Made by a program: the position numbers and the translations under genes. The notes beneath the pieces were generated by a model that was given only the letters and a program-made list of their open reading frames with translations, had not been told where the DNA came from and searched no databases. A DNA stretch of 64,000 bases from Chromera velia (taxonomy: Eukaryota), in NCBI GenBank assembly GCA_018398765.1, contig JAHBMJ010000410.1, positions 62,001-126,000 of the forward strand, read 5' to 3'. Shown in pieces: positions 24,326 to 46,743 of the stretch; position 1 is the stretch's first letter; every line of letters starts with the position of its first letter.

Positions 24326-27300
24326 CGCAGTTCCACCGTGTCCTCTGCCAAGCGCCCCCCTCCCTTAGTCTCCGACTTCCCCAGTGCCAGAGGAGACACT
24401 GCAGGAGGGGAGACGGGAGACGCCTCTTCCGAAATCCCTATGCCCTCAAGAGCACTGCCATTCCCCCCCAGGGGTGCTCACCCGAACCCCCGCCTGCCGA
24501 CTCCCTTCTCTGCAGAAGATTCACCCTCCCCTGCCCTCCCGTCTCCTCCCAGGGTCTCAAAAGAGATGGTCGGCCTCGAGTTCACCTGCTGCTGCTGACC
24601 TTGAGAGGAACTCACTGCAGGACCCCCAGATTCCTCCTCAGGGGGAAAGGGAGGGGGGGCACGCAGCTGGTCCATCTCCTGAGTCAAATTCAGGGTGTTG
24701 CTAGCTGCAAAGGAGGGATAATTTCCGTTGTTTCCTTCTTTGCTTCCCCCCCCATGGTGCAGCCCCAAAGACGGTTTCATGTCCCGATCAACATCTTTGC
24801 CGAAGGGCGAGGGGCCCGTATCGGCAGACGGCTGCTGCACGACGTCTCCCGAGCCCTGCCGAGCTGCGGCGAAGGACAGGGCAATGGGACGACGCCCGTC
24901 TCCTCCTCCATCCTGGCTGTTCATAGAACTACCCCCTGACAGAGACCCGTCGTTTTCTGTCGTCTTCTGCTTGCTCTTCTTCTTCGTCTTCTCTCCTGTA
25001 CCAGTTTCGTCGTTCCTGCAACCATGAGGGTTGGGGTCACAGTGAAACAAGGAAACTGCGCAACCAGAAAGCTGAGCTCAGAGTAAAATGAGGAGACTTT
25101 GCAAAGCTACCACAGTTCCTACGGCGTCGAGTCTGCACCCCGAAAGGTGACAAGTTTCACGAACGTTTTTCGCGCGCAAAACTTGCAAGACTGCGACCCA
25201 GGTGCCGACTCACTAACCCACGCAGATGGCGGACTTACATCAACCATGCACGGGAGAGAAACCTTCACGAGGGCACAACAGCCGACAGACTCAACACCGC
25301 TCTGCCTTCTCAAATCCAGGCACAGAATTGCTTCTGCCTGACGAGCCGACGCACACAAACGCCCAAACAGGTCTTGTAGTGTTGCATGCGATTCTTTCCC
25401 ACACAACACACCCTGTTCCGAACGAATGTGCCGACAGCTCGCTCCGGAGAACCGACAAAAAGAGCTTACTAACTCCCTGAGCCGACATGTAATCGACCCA
25501 GTTCGCGTCCAGACTCCCACGACGGCTCATGCAACGGAAGACTTGATGCGAGAGGCCTTGCCTACCAGGTCTAGGGGCATGTCTATTCTAACCCGAAGCA
25601 GGTCCTCTCTAAAGAGCAAGAGACAAAACTGAAGCAGTCTTCACGCTTTCCATTCTCACAGTGCAGTTCATCAAAACCCTGACCCTGACCTTTGTTTCCG
25701 GATTGGAGCCCTCTGCCTGCAAACAAAAATACATGGGGGCTTCAAAAAGTCAGTCCGAGAGAGAAAGAGAAGGGCGGAACTGGAGAGCCGACAAGATCGA
25801 TTGGAAAATGAGCCTTGCTATCTGAACATCGGTCATCATGATGAAGAATTATTGCATGAGCGTTGCACGAGGAGAGAGATCTGAAAACAAAGAAAAGCCG
25901 AGCGCACAACGTTATGAAGGTTTGAGCGTTGCACGAGGAGAGATATTTGAAGAGAAAGAAAAGCCAAGTCCACAACAGACTTGACGGGTTTGACAAAGAA
26001 CACAAAACAGGCGGTCCTTCGTTTCATAAATTGGTCGAACGGTAAATAAATATCAATAAGTGCCCACTGAAACTGTTTTTACTCACCCCTCCCGGTGGGA
26101 AGCATGGGCATCGGAAGAGGAAGAAGAGGACGAGGAAGAGGACAGGAGTGGGGGAATCGGGGCGGGTTCCTGTGTGGTCTGCAACTGAGGAAGGAGGGAG
26201 ATCAAGGGAATGAAGCAAAGACTAGAGCAAAGAAGAGAAAGAGAAAAAAAGAAGTGGAGACAGTTCGAGTGAGAAAAAATAAAAGAAGAAAACAGAGAAT
26301 AAGGGGGGAGAAAAAAAGTACAAGACGAAGAGAGTGACACACTGGCCCCCTACGTACAGAGTCAGAAAAAGCGGAGACCTCTGCATCGCCAGAAGAAGAT
26401 CTAGAGCAAGATGAAGAAGAAGAGAGAATGAATGCCAACGAAAACGAAAGAGAAAAGTTTAACGTACGAAACAGCAGAAGAAAGGAAGAAAAGAAGAGAA
26501 AGATAAGTCGAACGAAGTCAGAGAGAAAGAAATGCGGAGGGGGGAAAAAGGAAACAACTAAAAAAGGCCTACTTCCGCTGATTTCGAAGAGGGTGCGGGG
26601 CAGAACGAGTTGAACAGGTGCAGGGTGGAAGTCCCAGGCTGCAAGCAGAACAAAAAGTTCGAAAGAGGGAATGATCATTCAGAGAAGGGGCGATTCAAAA
26701 TAGAAACAAAGAGGCGACAGCAGACTGCCATCAGACCATGAATCCATCCATCCATCCCTCAGTCACTCCCTCAATCCATCCATCCATCCCTCAGTCACTC
26801 CCTCACTCCATCCATCCATCTATCCATCCATCCATCCATCAGTCACTCCCTCATTTCATTCACCTATCCATCCATCCATCCATCCATTCATCAGTCACTC
26901 CCTCATTCCATTCACCCATCCATCCTTCCATCAGTCATTCCCTCACTCCATCCATCCATCCATCCATCCATCCAACCATCCCTCAGTCACTCCCTCACTC
27001 CATCCATCCATCCATCCATCCATCCATCAGTCACTCCCTCATTTCATTCACCCATCCATCCATCCGTCACTCCCTCACTCCATCCATCCATCCATCCATC
27101 CATCAGTCACTCCCTCATTTCATTCACCCATCCATCCATCAGTCACTCCCTCACTCCATCCATCCATCCAACCATCCCTCAGTCACTCCCTCATTCCATT
27201 CACCCATCCATCCATCCATCCATCCGTCACTCCCTCACTCCATCCATCCATCCATCAGTCACTCCCTCATTTCATTCACCCATCCATCCATCCATCACTC

Positions 27301-30300
27301 CCTCACTCCATCCATCCATCCATCCAACCATCCCTCAGTCACTCCCTCATTCCATTCACCCATCCATCCATCCATCCATCCATCCATCCGTCACTCCCTC
27401 ACTCCATCCATCCATCCCTCAGTCACTCCCTCATTTCATTCACCCATCCATCCATCCATCACTCCCTCACTCCATCCATCCATCCAACCAACCATCCCTC
27501 AGTCACTCCCTCATTTCATTCACTCATCCATCCATCCATCAGTCACTCCCTCACTCCATCCATCCATCCATCCATCCATCCATCCATCCGAAGGCCAGAA
27601 TGAGGGCCAACGAACACGAAAGCCAGAGAGAACGTACAAAACGGCAGAAGAAAGGAAGAAAAGAAGAGAAAGATAAGTCGAACGAAGGGGGAAAAAGGAA
27701 ACAACTAAAAGAGGCCTACTTCCGCTGATTTCGAAGAGGGTGCGGGGCAGAACGAGTTGAACAGGTGCAGGGTGGAAGTCCCAGGCTGCAAGCAGAACAA
27801 AAAGTTCGAAAGAGGGAATGATCATTCAGAGAAGGAGCGATTCAAAATAGAAACGAAGAGGCGACAGCAGACTGCCATCAGACCGTGAATCCATGCAGAA
27901 ATTTTAGACTCACAATGAACTGCAGGCCACAAACTGTCTGTCTGTCAGGCCTCTTGATTTGAGCAGAGAGTGTGGAAGTTCGTCATCAGGATTCGGACTG
28001 AATGAAAGACCAGAAAGCGATGTTACCTAGCGACTGAAAGAAAACATGCAGACTGAATTAGGGGACGGAATGAAAGGAAAAGGGACGAAAGGAAACTTGA
28101 GAATGAAATGGAACGAGAAAAAGAAGAAGAAAAGGATCGACCCAAATGGAAAGGAGCCAGAAGGACGGTGCCGACCGCGACATGTGCACACAATTAATTC
28201 AAAAGTTTTACCCGCAAGAGGAATTCAGCGAAAAGATAAAATGGCGGGTCAGTCTCTACAGCTGCGTCACCGGCGCCTTCTGAGACTTTCTCTCTTCTCT
28301 CTCCACTTAGTTTCTGACCTACCACCTCTGTCTCTCGCTCTCTCTTCACTGATCGACTTACTTTGTCCATCTGTCGAAGTTCGTGTTCAAGCTGGCAGTG
28401 CGTCGTCTGGGTAGAGGAAAGAGTCTCACCTGAGAACTCCTCATACCTGCATGCAGTGAGAGCGGAAGAAAGGGAGAGGAGAGACAGGGAGGGAGTCACT
28501 GTGCCAGATAAAGAAACGACTGGCTGCGGGGAGGTTGAGAGATAAGACGGGGCGACCGCACTGTATGCGACTGTGTGCAGACTGTCTTTGCATGAAAACG
28601 CGCAAATGGAAACTAATGGAAGGAGAATGAAGGAGAACAAGAACGGGCAGTTCCATTTACACCCTTATTCCCAGCCTCGCCTTTCGTCTGTGCTTATCTG
28701 GACAAAAACAGAACAATCGAATATCATCGAATCTAATGGCGGATCAAGTATGCACTGCTCCATGCTTCCAAAAAAAGCCAAGTAAGCCCCAATAAGTGCA
28801 TGGCAAAAAGAAAGAGAGCAGATTGAATTGAATCATCTGACGGACCAGTCCGGTGGGAGGGCACTTCTTTCTGTCGAGTTGGTCCATCGGCGTTCTGTGC
28901 ATCCATGCATGCAAAGAGCTCGACTCCCCTCTTCTTCCTTGCCACAAGGTCGTGCCCCCACCCCTTCTCTATGAATCCTGGACCAAATTTCAGAATCGAC
29001 AGAATTTCGTTGTACGAGCACCCAAAGGGAATGTCATGAATCGAGAGACCCTCCAGAGACCCCCCATGCAAGAGATTCTCTCTCCACCAAAATTCGCAGT
29101 GCGCACGGCAGTTCAAATCTTCCTCTGCCAGACGGGGTTCAAGTTGGTTCAGAGTACACGTCAGACAAGAAGGTCTTCCTGCCGGCTTAGTCACATAGGG
29201 TGGTATGCAGTGATCCATCCACTGTTTTAGGGCAAAACCTTCTTTACTCCACCCTGGAATTCTCTTCAGATCCTGCTCTTGCCCAGGCAAGAGAGCAGGG
29301 GGATTTTCATAAGGAAGAGGGGGGCTTGGAAGGGGAACAGGGGTTGTTTTCGGCGGGCATCTGTTTCTCGTTGTCTGCCTCCTGAGGCTCCCTCGGAATC
29401 CTGCCTCTGCAAAGAGTGGGGTAGACGAGAGACGTGATTTCAGTACGTCGGGAAGAACAGATAGGACGGCATGTATATGTATGCAGGGTCTGGTAGTGCG
29501 CAGAAGACCCACATGCCATTGGAGGAGTAAAGGACACTCTGCACACGGGGAAGTCTTAGGGAGGGGGCACAAGGATGATGCGAGGAAAGAGGGGGGCAGG
29601 AGGACTAGCAGGAGGATGAGAGGTCGAAGCTGGAGGTGGGCAAGGGGGGTTCAAAGGGAGAAGCGGAGCAACGAAGTGAATGGGACTTGCACAGTGGAGT
29701 TGGAATCTGTGAAACCTGATGCGTAAACAAAGTCAGCTTTCATCGGAAAGTGATCGCAAAGACAGCTAGGACATGCAGAGGAAGCATACCAGAGAGAACG
29801 ACAGTTGAAAGAGGGAACGGCACTCCGCGGCACTCCTACGATCTATGACTTCTTCGATGAAGGACACAGAGACAAACACAATCAACTATCTGACATATTA
29901 CCAACCGTTTTTGCCAGCGCTTCCGAGAGTATGTGATCTGTCGTGAAGGAGCTCGACTCGCTCCAGTTCTTCGTCACAAAGTCCGCAAAAGCAAAAGCCA
30001 GTCTGATCCCAAACTCTACTTCTGCTTGTGGGATTTTTTGTGCAGCGATAAGAGATCGGAGGGCTGTCTCGGCTTCTGCCTCGGATGGGATCGGAGCACC
30101 GTCAGGCACGGGGTCGAACGTCATGCCATGGCGCTGCTGTCCTTCCTTGAAAGCGAAAACTGTTGACGGATGTTCTTCCTTTGAACATTGTATTCGACGC
30201 AAAGATTCTTCTTGTCCAAACGCAGTCCGGCAATCGTCTGGTCTACTTTGAGGCGCTCCGCTCGGAGGAGAGCAGGAAGACCATCTACGTGAAGCTCTGT

Positions 30301-30322
30301 GTGCATTTTGTTCTGCATTCAA
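24326..30322 (-). CDS. Probable multi-exon hypothetical gene (low-complexity S/G/P-rich plus a Cys/Trp-containing region); boundaries uncertain
   Basis: Minus-strand ORF segments with GT-AG borders at ~24326-25016, 26087-26178, ~26343-26425, 26573-26638, 27720-27785, ~28429-28447, ~28930-29405, ~29900-30320. Confidence 0.4.
26461..27894. repeat. ~270-290-bp direct duplication (26461-26746, 27631-27894) separated by a (CCAT)n-based minisatellite
   Basis: AACGTAC...GGAAACAACTAAAA...GCCTACTTCCGCTGATTTCGAAGAGGG...CAGACTGCCATCAGACC occurs twice; the intervening 26740-27590 is built from CCAT, CAGTCACTCCCTCA and TTCA units. Confidence 0.92.
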
Positions 30323-30807
30323 CTTCTAGCGCTGTTCCTATCGGCTCAACGCCAGAGCTGCAAATCAGTGCAGAGGATCAAGGTTGCGAGGTCAAGTGAA
30401 GTAAAAGTTGGAAGCTAGGATGATTTGAGGAAAACACAGGACCGTCCGCTTTCATTGGCACAAAGCTGCAGGCTCTCGCAAGACGACGCACGACGATACA
30501 CCGACTGTCTCGCAAGTGGACAGACAAAAGGAAGTGGGCAGCTAGCACTCCGATCTGATTGGGCCTCGACGAATGGCCCCGGAAAGCGAAGCGGGGGGCA
30601 CTTACAAAACAAAAATACCCCAGCCCATATGCATGCATGCACGCTAGCATGAGCATGCAGCTAGCTGCATGATGTGGCTCAAGGTCATGCACTGAACGAT
30701 CGAACAACACGCGTAAACCTCTACATTTCTTCTTCTGCTTGCACCGGCTTGCACCAACCCCGATCGAATGAGAGTGTGGCACTGGCCGAAACTGAGACCA
30801 GGCTAGG

Positions 30808-39567
<8,760 letters not shown>

Positions 39568-40722
39568 GGACAGACAGAAATATACGCAGACAAACAACGG
39601 GCGGAAACACGCACACAGGAAAGAAAGATGATGGAAGGATGAGGAGCGAGAGAGAGGGGGCAGGGGAAGGGAGGGAGGGAAGAAGGGGCGACAACGGGCA
39701 GACAGACATTCAAACGGGCACTGCCAGATCAAGATCTTCCTAGTAAGCAATCGAGACGGTGAAGGGACTCAAGATTCGAGTCAACGTGCGGCGCATCTTT
39801 ATAGGCAAGATATGTAAGGACAGACAGCTAGGACAGACAGAAACATACGCAGACAAACAACGCGCGGAAACACGCACACAGGAAAGAAAGATGATGGAAG
39901 GATGAGGAGCAAGAGAGAGGGGGCAGGGGAAGGGAGGGAGGGAAGAAGGGGCGACAACGGGCAGACAGACATTCAAACGGGCACTGCCAGATCAAGATCT
40001 TCCTAGTAAGCAATCGAGACGGTGAAGGGACTCAAGATTCGAATCAATGTGCGCATCTTTACAGGCAAGACATATAAGGGCAGACAGAAACATACGCAAA
40101 CAGTGGTCAAACGAACAAATGAGTTCCGCCGTTGCATTTCATTGCTTCCTTCTTTCTCTCTTTCTTCTTCTCTACCTCTTTCATTCACCGTGCGCATCCT
40201 TACAGCCAAGACGTATAAGGACAGACAGAAACAATGTCATATGCAGACAGACAGACAAACATTCAAACGGGCAGATCAAAATAGATCTTCCTGAGCAATC
40301 AAGACGGTGAAAGAACTTAAGATTCGAGTCAACATGCGCATTCTTACAGGCAACACAATGTCATGTAAGCACAGACAGAAAAGCACCAGAGTTGTTGAAG
40401 TGTTTAGCCAATATATTTAGGTAAAGTTTAGACCTTCGCTTAGATTTTAGCCAAATATATCCAATTAAATCTACTAAACGGAAACACAAAAGTTTAAAAA
40501 ATGTGTGTTTCATTGTTAAAAAATCGTTTGCATGTATCCTTAGTATGTAAATCAGTAATAATATAGCAAAGTGTATTAGCAGTTAATTTAAATTACCAAT
40601 ATAATAGCAATCTAGATAGCAATTAACAGTACAACATATTATAACTTTTTATGCTAGCTTTTTAGGCAATTTTACGCCAGCTAGGTTGTTTATACAAATG
40701 ACCATTTATCTAGCGATTTATA

Positions 40723-41231
40723 CAGGGATGAAAAATAGGTTATTAACTGAACCGAACCGACTTAGCCGTCAAAAAGCGTTTCGGTTTGGTTAATCTATCG
40801 CGGTTATATAACTTTTTTATGTTTAGAGGTCATTTCTTCACTAAATTTGAAACGTTTCACTATATAAACGTGATTTTTATAGATATGACATACGGAAAAC
40901 AAATAAAAAACGACCAAAACATAATAAAAAGACATTTTTAATTCATATAACCACTTGTTTGATTGTGTTTATAGTCTATATACTAGGAAAAACATAATTT
41001 TTTATACCTTTTCAGGTGTCATAAGAAAGTTTTGCAACCGTTTTGTTATGTTTTCAGTAATTTTCTAGAGTAATTTTTTGTTTGTTTAAAGTTGTTTCTA
41101 GCTATGATATCGTTTTTATCTGACAGCTCTTACTGGTTAACCCAGTTAACTGCCGGTTATGACCGGTTATCATAACTGGAGGGCCAATAACCTATAACCT
41201 AACTTCATAACCTACCTTTTTCCCTATCTTG
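40723..41231. mobile_element. hAT-like MITE
   Basis: CAGGGATGAAAAATAGGTTAT vs reverse complement of 41206-41226 (16/21 match); AACCG/GGTTA subterminal repeats; 8-bp direct repeat GATTTATA at 40715-40722 and 41232-41239. Confidence 0.55.
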
Positions 41232-41260
41232 GATTTATATTAACCGGAAAATGCATCCTA

Positions 41261-41498
41261 GGCCCTGCACTAGCTAAATAAAAAAAGAAAAAAAAAAGTT
41301 TTACCAGTTTTTTATTTTTTTTTTTATTTATCTACTAAATAACAGTTATTTTTCATACAATGCTTCTTGCAATACTCATACAACACTTGAACAATAGTTG
41401 TTTTTTTAGTTTACGGGGTAATAAATAAAAAAAAATAGATTTAAAAAAAAGTTTTCTTAGTTTTTTTTTCTTTTTTTATCTAATAGCACTGCACGGCC
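41261..41498. mobile_element. MITE-like fold-back element
   Basis: GGCCCTGCACT-A-rich left arm mirrored by T-rich-ACTGCACGGCC right arm; a related arm occurs at ~22168-22260. Confidence 0.45.
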
Positions 41499-44400
41499 TT
41501 GTGGTGAATCAATTTCAATACTTATTTTGTTTTTTTTTACTTTGACTCTTTTAGTCAGACTTTGATCTAGACTTTGACGCACGTTGCATTCAATACTTGC
41601 GTTCAAACCAGGCCTAGCTAAGTTTAAACAATGCAGTCCCTCGGGTGTGCCATATGAGTGGACGGCTAGCAGTCTAGATAGTTGTGGGGCCATATACGAC
41701 TGACCAGAGATGAAAGCTTATGTTGCGTTCGCAGTGATGTCGGCCACTCAGAAAAGAGGGCGATGTGAGGACGTCGTCTTTGTCTTTGATTCTCAAAGAC
41801 GGAACAGGACAAACAGACAGGTAAACAGCAAGGCATGCGGATGTGAACTGACATTGCAACCCACAAACGAAGACCTAGACCGAAACCAAAAAAGAAGATC
41901 AAAGCAAAAAGAGATGAGATTCGGCAGAGACAGAACAATGATAGAACAAGCTTAGGTGACCGAAGAATGGAGAGAACAGACCACGTATTTTGTAGGACTC
42001 GCCTCGAAATCTATACCAGAGCAGCCGGGAGGTCAAAGACAGGACAGAGACAGAACAGAACCGCAGAGCAAAAAGAAAAGAAAACGAAAAAACCAAGAAA
42101 AAAGAGGTTGCTTTAAGCTTCCAACGACTGCTACAGACAGCTCACAAAGGCCAGACACATGTGGAAGGTCAGAGCGATGATTGCGATGCATATGCCCCTT
42201 GTTTGTGCAGAGTTCGCACGGCCCCACGGCCACACAAACGAGGTAGAAGATCTAAGAACCGCCCAAGCCATGCGCACGAAGCGTGGGAAGCTGACAAGCT
42301 ACGATTTGACCTCTAATTCACGCGATGTAATCGAATCGGTAAAGCAGCTACTAGCTCAAGTCATGACACCCAAGTGATTGAGTTGCGTACCTCCTTCCTT
42401 GCCAATGCATACATGGCGGAGTCTTTGAATCCTGCTGATGAGACCTTTCACAAGGTCGAAACAGCTGTACAGGAAGTATAAAGACATAGACATTGTGCAT
42501 AAGGCCTTTGAGCAGATTTGTATGCAGTCAATCAGAAACAGATCGAACAGATCTAAACCATCATTCTCTTACTAGAAGAAAGTTTTATCCAATGTTATTA
42601 TTTTTAGTGGTAATGCTGTGTGCCACCGCATTGGTATTCCATCGACATGCGGGGCCCTGGCATGCTTTCATTGCCTTGAATGACTTCCCAAGTTCATGGT
42701 TGCATAGACGCGGGGGCCACACAGGGCCCACGGCTGATTCAACTGCGATAAGCAGAAAAGTCGTCTCTGTTCACTCTGATCAAAGTATATCCAATTGGTT
42801 GAAAGCTGTTCTTGAAGTCTTCTTCTCTCCTCTATGTACTGACAGTCCTAGGACTCGTATTACCAGGCACGTGCATGTCATCTTCTGTGAATCAGTCAAT
42901 GCTAGCCAACCTCTATTCCAATATTATACAACAGGTAATATTATGTCAACATCTAGGCCAATACGTACTTACTTCAAGTTATTTAATAGTACTTACTTAA
43001 TTATGGTTAGGCCCAGGGTCTCCGAAACCAGAGACAAATGATAACCATAGGATTTCCATAAATTTCCCAAAAGATTTCCATAACTATGAGAAATTTATGG
43101 AAATCCGGCTGATTTCCCATAAAAATAAAAATCTGAGGCAGATTTCCCACGTGAAATTTCCCATCAATTTCCCATGGATTTTCCTTGAATTTTACTAAGA
43201 TTTCCTTAGGATTCTCCATCAATTTCCCATAAATTTCCCAACGATTTCCATATTTTTTTGTAGAGCATCGAATAAAATTAGGGGGGACATTGACTTAAAG
43301 TTTGTTCCTAGCGTCTGGCCTATACGTCTTTCATCTCTTCCTTCTGTCCTGATTACTGCTCTCGCTACTAGCTCTCTCTCTCATACGACCTCATACTTGA
43401 TGCTCCTCCATCTGAATGCCTTCTTCGGCGTTTGCTAAGTACTTCCTACCCCTCAGTCATAACCAGTGCACTGCCTACTCCTCCTTCCTCCCAGCCCTCC
43501 CCTTGCACTCCTCTGGAATAAAATTAAGTAGAATAATGATAATATTGCAGCTCTTTAGTTTTTAGGCAGCTATCGGGCAGTTTCATGCTTACACCAAATG
43601 TAATCAAGTGTATTTGATCTTTATATTTTTTTTTTGAGTCATTCTGACTCTGTAACTCTCTAAAACACTCAAGTATTCTGGTCTAAACCGTGAAAAACTT
43701 TGCCCAACGCACTTCCCAATATATCCAAATATATCCAAAAGTTTGGATATAGCCAAAATTTTGCCTTCGGTTATGGATATGGATAGATATATTGGAAAGT
43801 TTAACAACTTTGTGAATGAGTCAAATTATCATGATGCGCACTACCGAACAGTGGTCTGCACTATAGCTACTGTACTAATAATAGCTCCTGTAGTTCATCT
43901 GTTTAGCTATCCATTCATTTGAAGGATAGCGAGCATTCGCGGCTTCATCATGTAAAGACATGCACCCACACACCTGAAACAAGTTCAAACAACGTAACTC
44001 TGGTCTATGCCCTCAACGGCGATTGTAGCATCATTTACCGCTCGCTCCCTTTTGTGGTCCTCTTACATGCCCCGTCCCGATTCTCCCCCCTCAACGCTTC
44101 TCTTCCCGCGTCTTCCTCTTCTCTGGTTGAGACGGGACATCGACCCAGGGAGGGGGATACCCCGCGACCATAAAGTCAAACGACCAGGGGACGAGCGAAT
44201 GATAAAACAAAACACTAGAAAAAACATACGACTGGTCAAACTCTCTCTAACAGACAGTACAGATGAATCTAGTTGCTTCCTCTTTTGCTTCGCCTCTTTT
44301 CAGTCTTTCCCTGCTGATGTTCAGCCTGCTATTACAGGCCCTTGCAAGATCCTTCATGCTGACGTTTACAAAAGACCAAATCAAGAAAGAAAAAACAGAG

Positions 44401-44551
44401 CCATTAAACTTTGATCCTGATTTCACTTTCTCCTTCCCCATCCACGTGCGAGTGCATGCCCCTTTGTTCCTTCTCTGTCTATTTTCTCCACACCCACCAC
44501 AACCCTCCCCCCCCCTCAACAAAGCCAAGGAGCAGAACAAAACAGACAAAG

Positions 44552-46686
44552 CTAGGAGGCCTCCTCTCCCCAGAAGTCCCCCATCACCGTCGCCATCAAA
44601 TCCTTCGACAGCCCCCGCACCGTCTCGTCCCGTGCAGACCAAAACCCGACTATTCGATCCAGGTCCTGCAGGCAGATGCATACATGCAGGAACCAAGCCA
44701 GTCAGTCAGGCAGTCAGGCAAGATGTCCAATCATACGAACAAGAAAGAGAGAGAAAGGTCCTTTCTTCTCATGCAGATATGACTCATCGATCCATGCCCC
44801 CCAACCCAAGTAGCCAGGCAGACGAACGCAAAGAGATGTGAGTTTGCAAAGACAGAAGAAAGGATCGCACACAGATACAGGCGAAATGCAAAGTGAACAC
44901 ACAATAGAGCTTCTCGCTGAAGACTGCCGCGCTGCAACGAAAGGAAATACCCTGATGCAGCTTCGGTTTCTTCAGACAAAAAGTCGCTCGCTCACTCACT
45001 CACCCACCCACCCATCCACTCACTCACTTCCTCAACCTCCTACTTCGATCCCTGTCGCTTTCTGTCTCTTCCTCCATCCTCCTCTTTCTCTCTCACACAC
45101 ACTTACTAACTCACTCGGACACGCACTCACTCGATGGCTCTTTCTTTCTCCTATGTTGCACTCACCTTCTTCATCTCTGCATACTCCTCCTGAACAAATC
45201 CCCATTTGCGCAATACAGGCGTCTGCACAGCATCAAGAAAAGTGCAAACACTTGTAGGTAACCGCCGCATCACAAAGCATGATTGAATGCAGAGCACGAT
45301 GCCCGTCAAATGACGGGAGGGAGGATGGGATCTGGCTGGCTGCCGTTTTTTTTTCTTGATTGATGGGATTTCCCCTTGAGCGTCAGACAAACAGCGGAAG
45401 AAAATCTTCTGCATAGTGAATGAATAACAGCAGTAGAAAAGCGCTCAGGGAGGACGGGTTCCGATTGACCGACCTCGCACCCCCGTAACGGAGGAGAAAA
45501 AAATGCAGAATGACTTGATGATGCTCCTCCCCAACCTCCCAACGCTTTCAAAGAGAAGCAACCGACCCGACCGACCTGAGTCTCTGGCATCACCTTGCGG
45601 AGTCGGATCAGAATTCTTCTTTGGTCGTAGTCTGCCGCCTTTCTGATCTCTCGCAGCTGCTTTTCGAAGTCGTCGCTCTGCATCAACATTCATTCGATCA
45701 GGAACATGCAGAGAAGCGGGGAACGGTGTGTGCAGCAGGATGCTAAGTGGAGGACGGGCTGATGAGGACTACGGGATTGAACGTAGAAAAGCAGAGAATG
45801 GAAAAATTAGTTCCTTTTTGGAGACAAAACAAACTGCAAAAGCACATGAATGCACTTGATCCTGGTATCTGTATGAAGGGAGCTAGCTTTTCAGTAACCT
45901 TGTAAAGATCCCGCAACTCTGTCAGGAGAGTGGTTGTTTCCTCCAGTGAGAGCCTGGGCTCGGCTGAGGCGCTGTAAGGTGTGCTTGGTGCGTCTCCCTC
46001 TCCCCCCCCTGCTTTTTTTTCCACAGGGAGATATGATGGCTCTGCTGCTCTCTCACGTCTCTCCTTTTCGGCTCTTCGTTTCTCGAGGGCTGCTGCCTCT
46101 GCCACGATCTCCTCCTCTGTCCCTGGCTTGGGGCGTTCCTCAGAGAACAGTCCCTGCACGGACATCATCGGTGGATTCTGTCAGTGATAATCATAGAGTA
46201 TTGAACGATAAGAAAGCAAGGGCACAAGAAAGCAGGAGAGAAGAAAGCAATCGAGAGAAAGAAGAAAGACACACACGGACAGAAACAAAGAAACACGAAA
46301 CGAAGAAGAAACGAAAGAAACAAAGGGACAGAGGATCATCTGTTCTCCACTACCTGACTTCCTGCCTACCTTTCTGCCCGACTGACCTTACTAGCCGCCT
46401 GTCCCATCAGTTTCTTCACGTTCTCCCTGTCCTTCTGTTGGGCCTTCAGGGTCTCTGCATACCCGGACCTGGCTGCATCGATTGACGCCTTGTCCTTCGA
46501 GCTGCACGATCGAGGAGAAGGAAGAAAGAAAGGAAAGAAGGAGGAACATTTGTCCGGCATCAAGGGAACAAAAGGAACGAGAAAGAACGAAAGAAAGAAC
46601 GAAAAAATCCCTTCTCCTCCCCCGATCCCTTTCTGATTCGTCTTTCATCCAAACACACACACACACACACACACACACTCACTCAC

Positions 46687-46743
<57 letters not shown>

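Larger units (their letters stand above)
40387..43812. mobile_element. Cluster of decayed DNA-transposon relics, possibly an hAT-like element with nested MITEs
   Basis: Inverted termini CAGAGTTGTTGAA (40387) and TTTAACAACTTTG (43812) with shared CCAATATAT/ATATATCC subterminal motifs; stop-riddled coding-like interior ~41670-43000; no matching TSD found. Confidence 0.4.

Noticed and set aside
25857..25968. Two ~45-bp direct repeats (TGAGCGTTGCACGAGGAGAGA)
   Set aside because: Small local duplication with no further structure
26738..27676. 312-aa PSIH-repeat ORF
   Set aside because: Translation of a stop-free CCAT minisatellite; no coding evidence
43050..43255. ATTTCCCA-rich repeat and its 71-aa ORF
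   Set aside because: Probably subterminal repeats of a decayed transposon; ends could not be defined and the ORF is not credible
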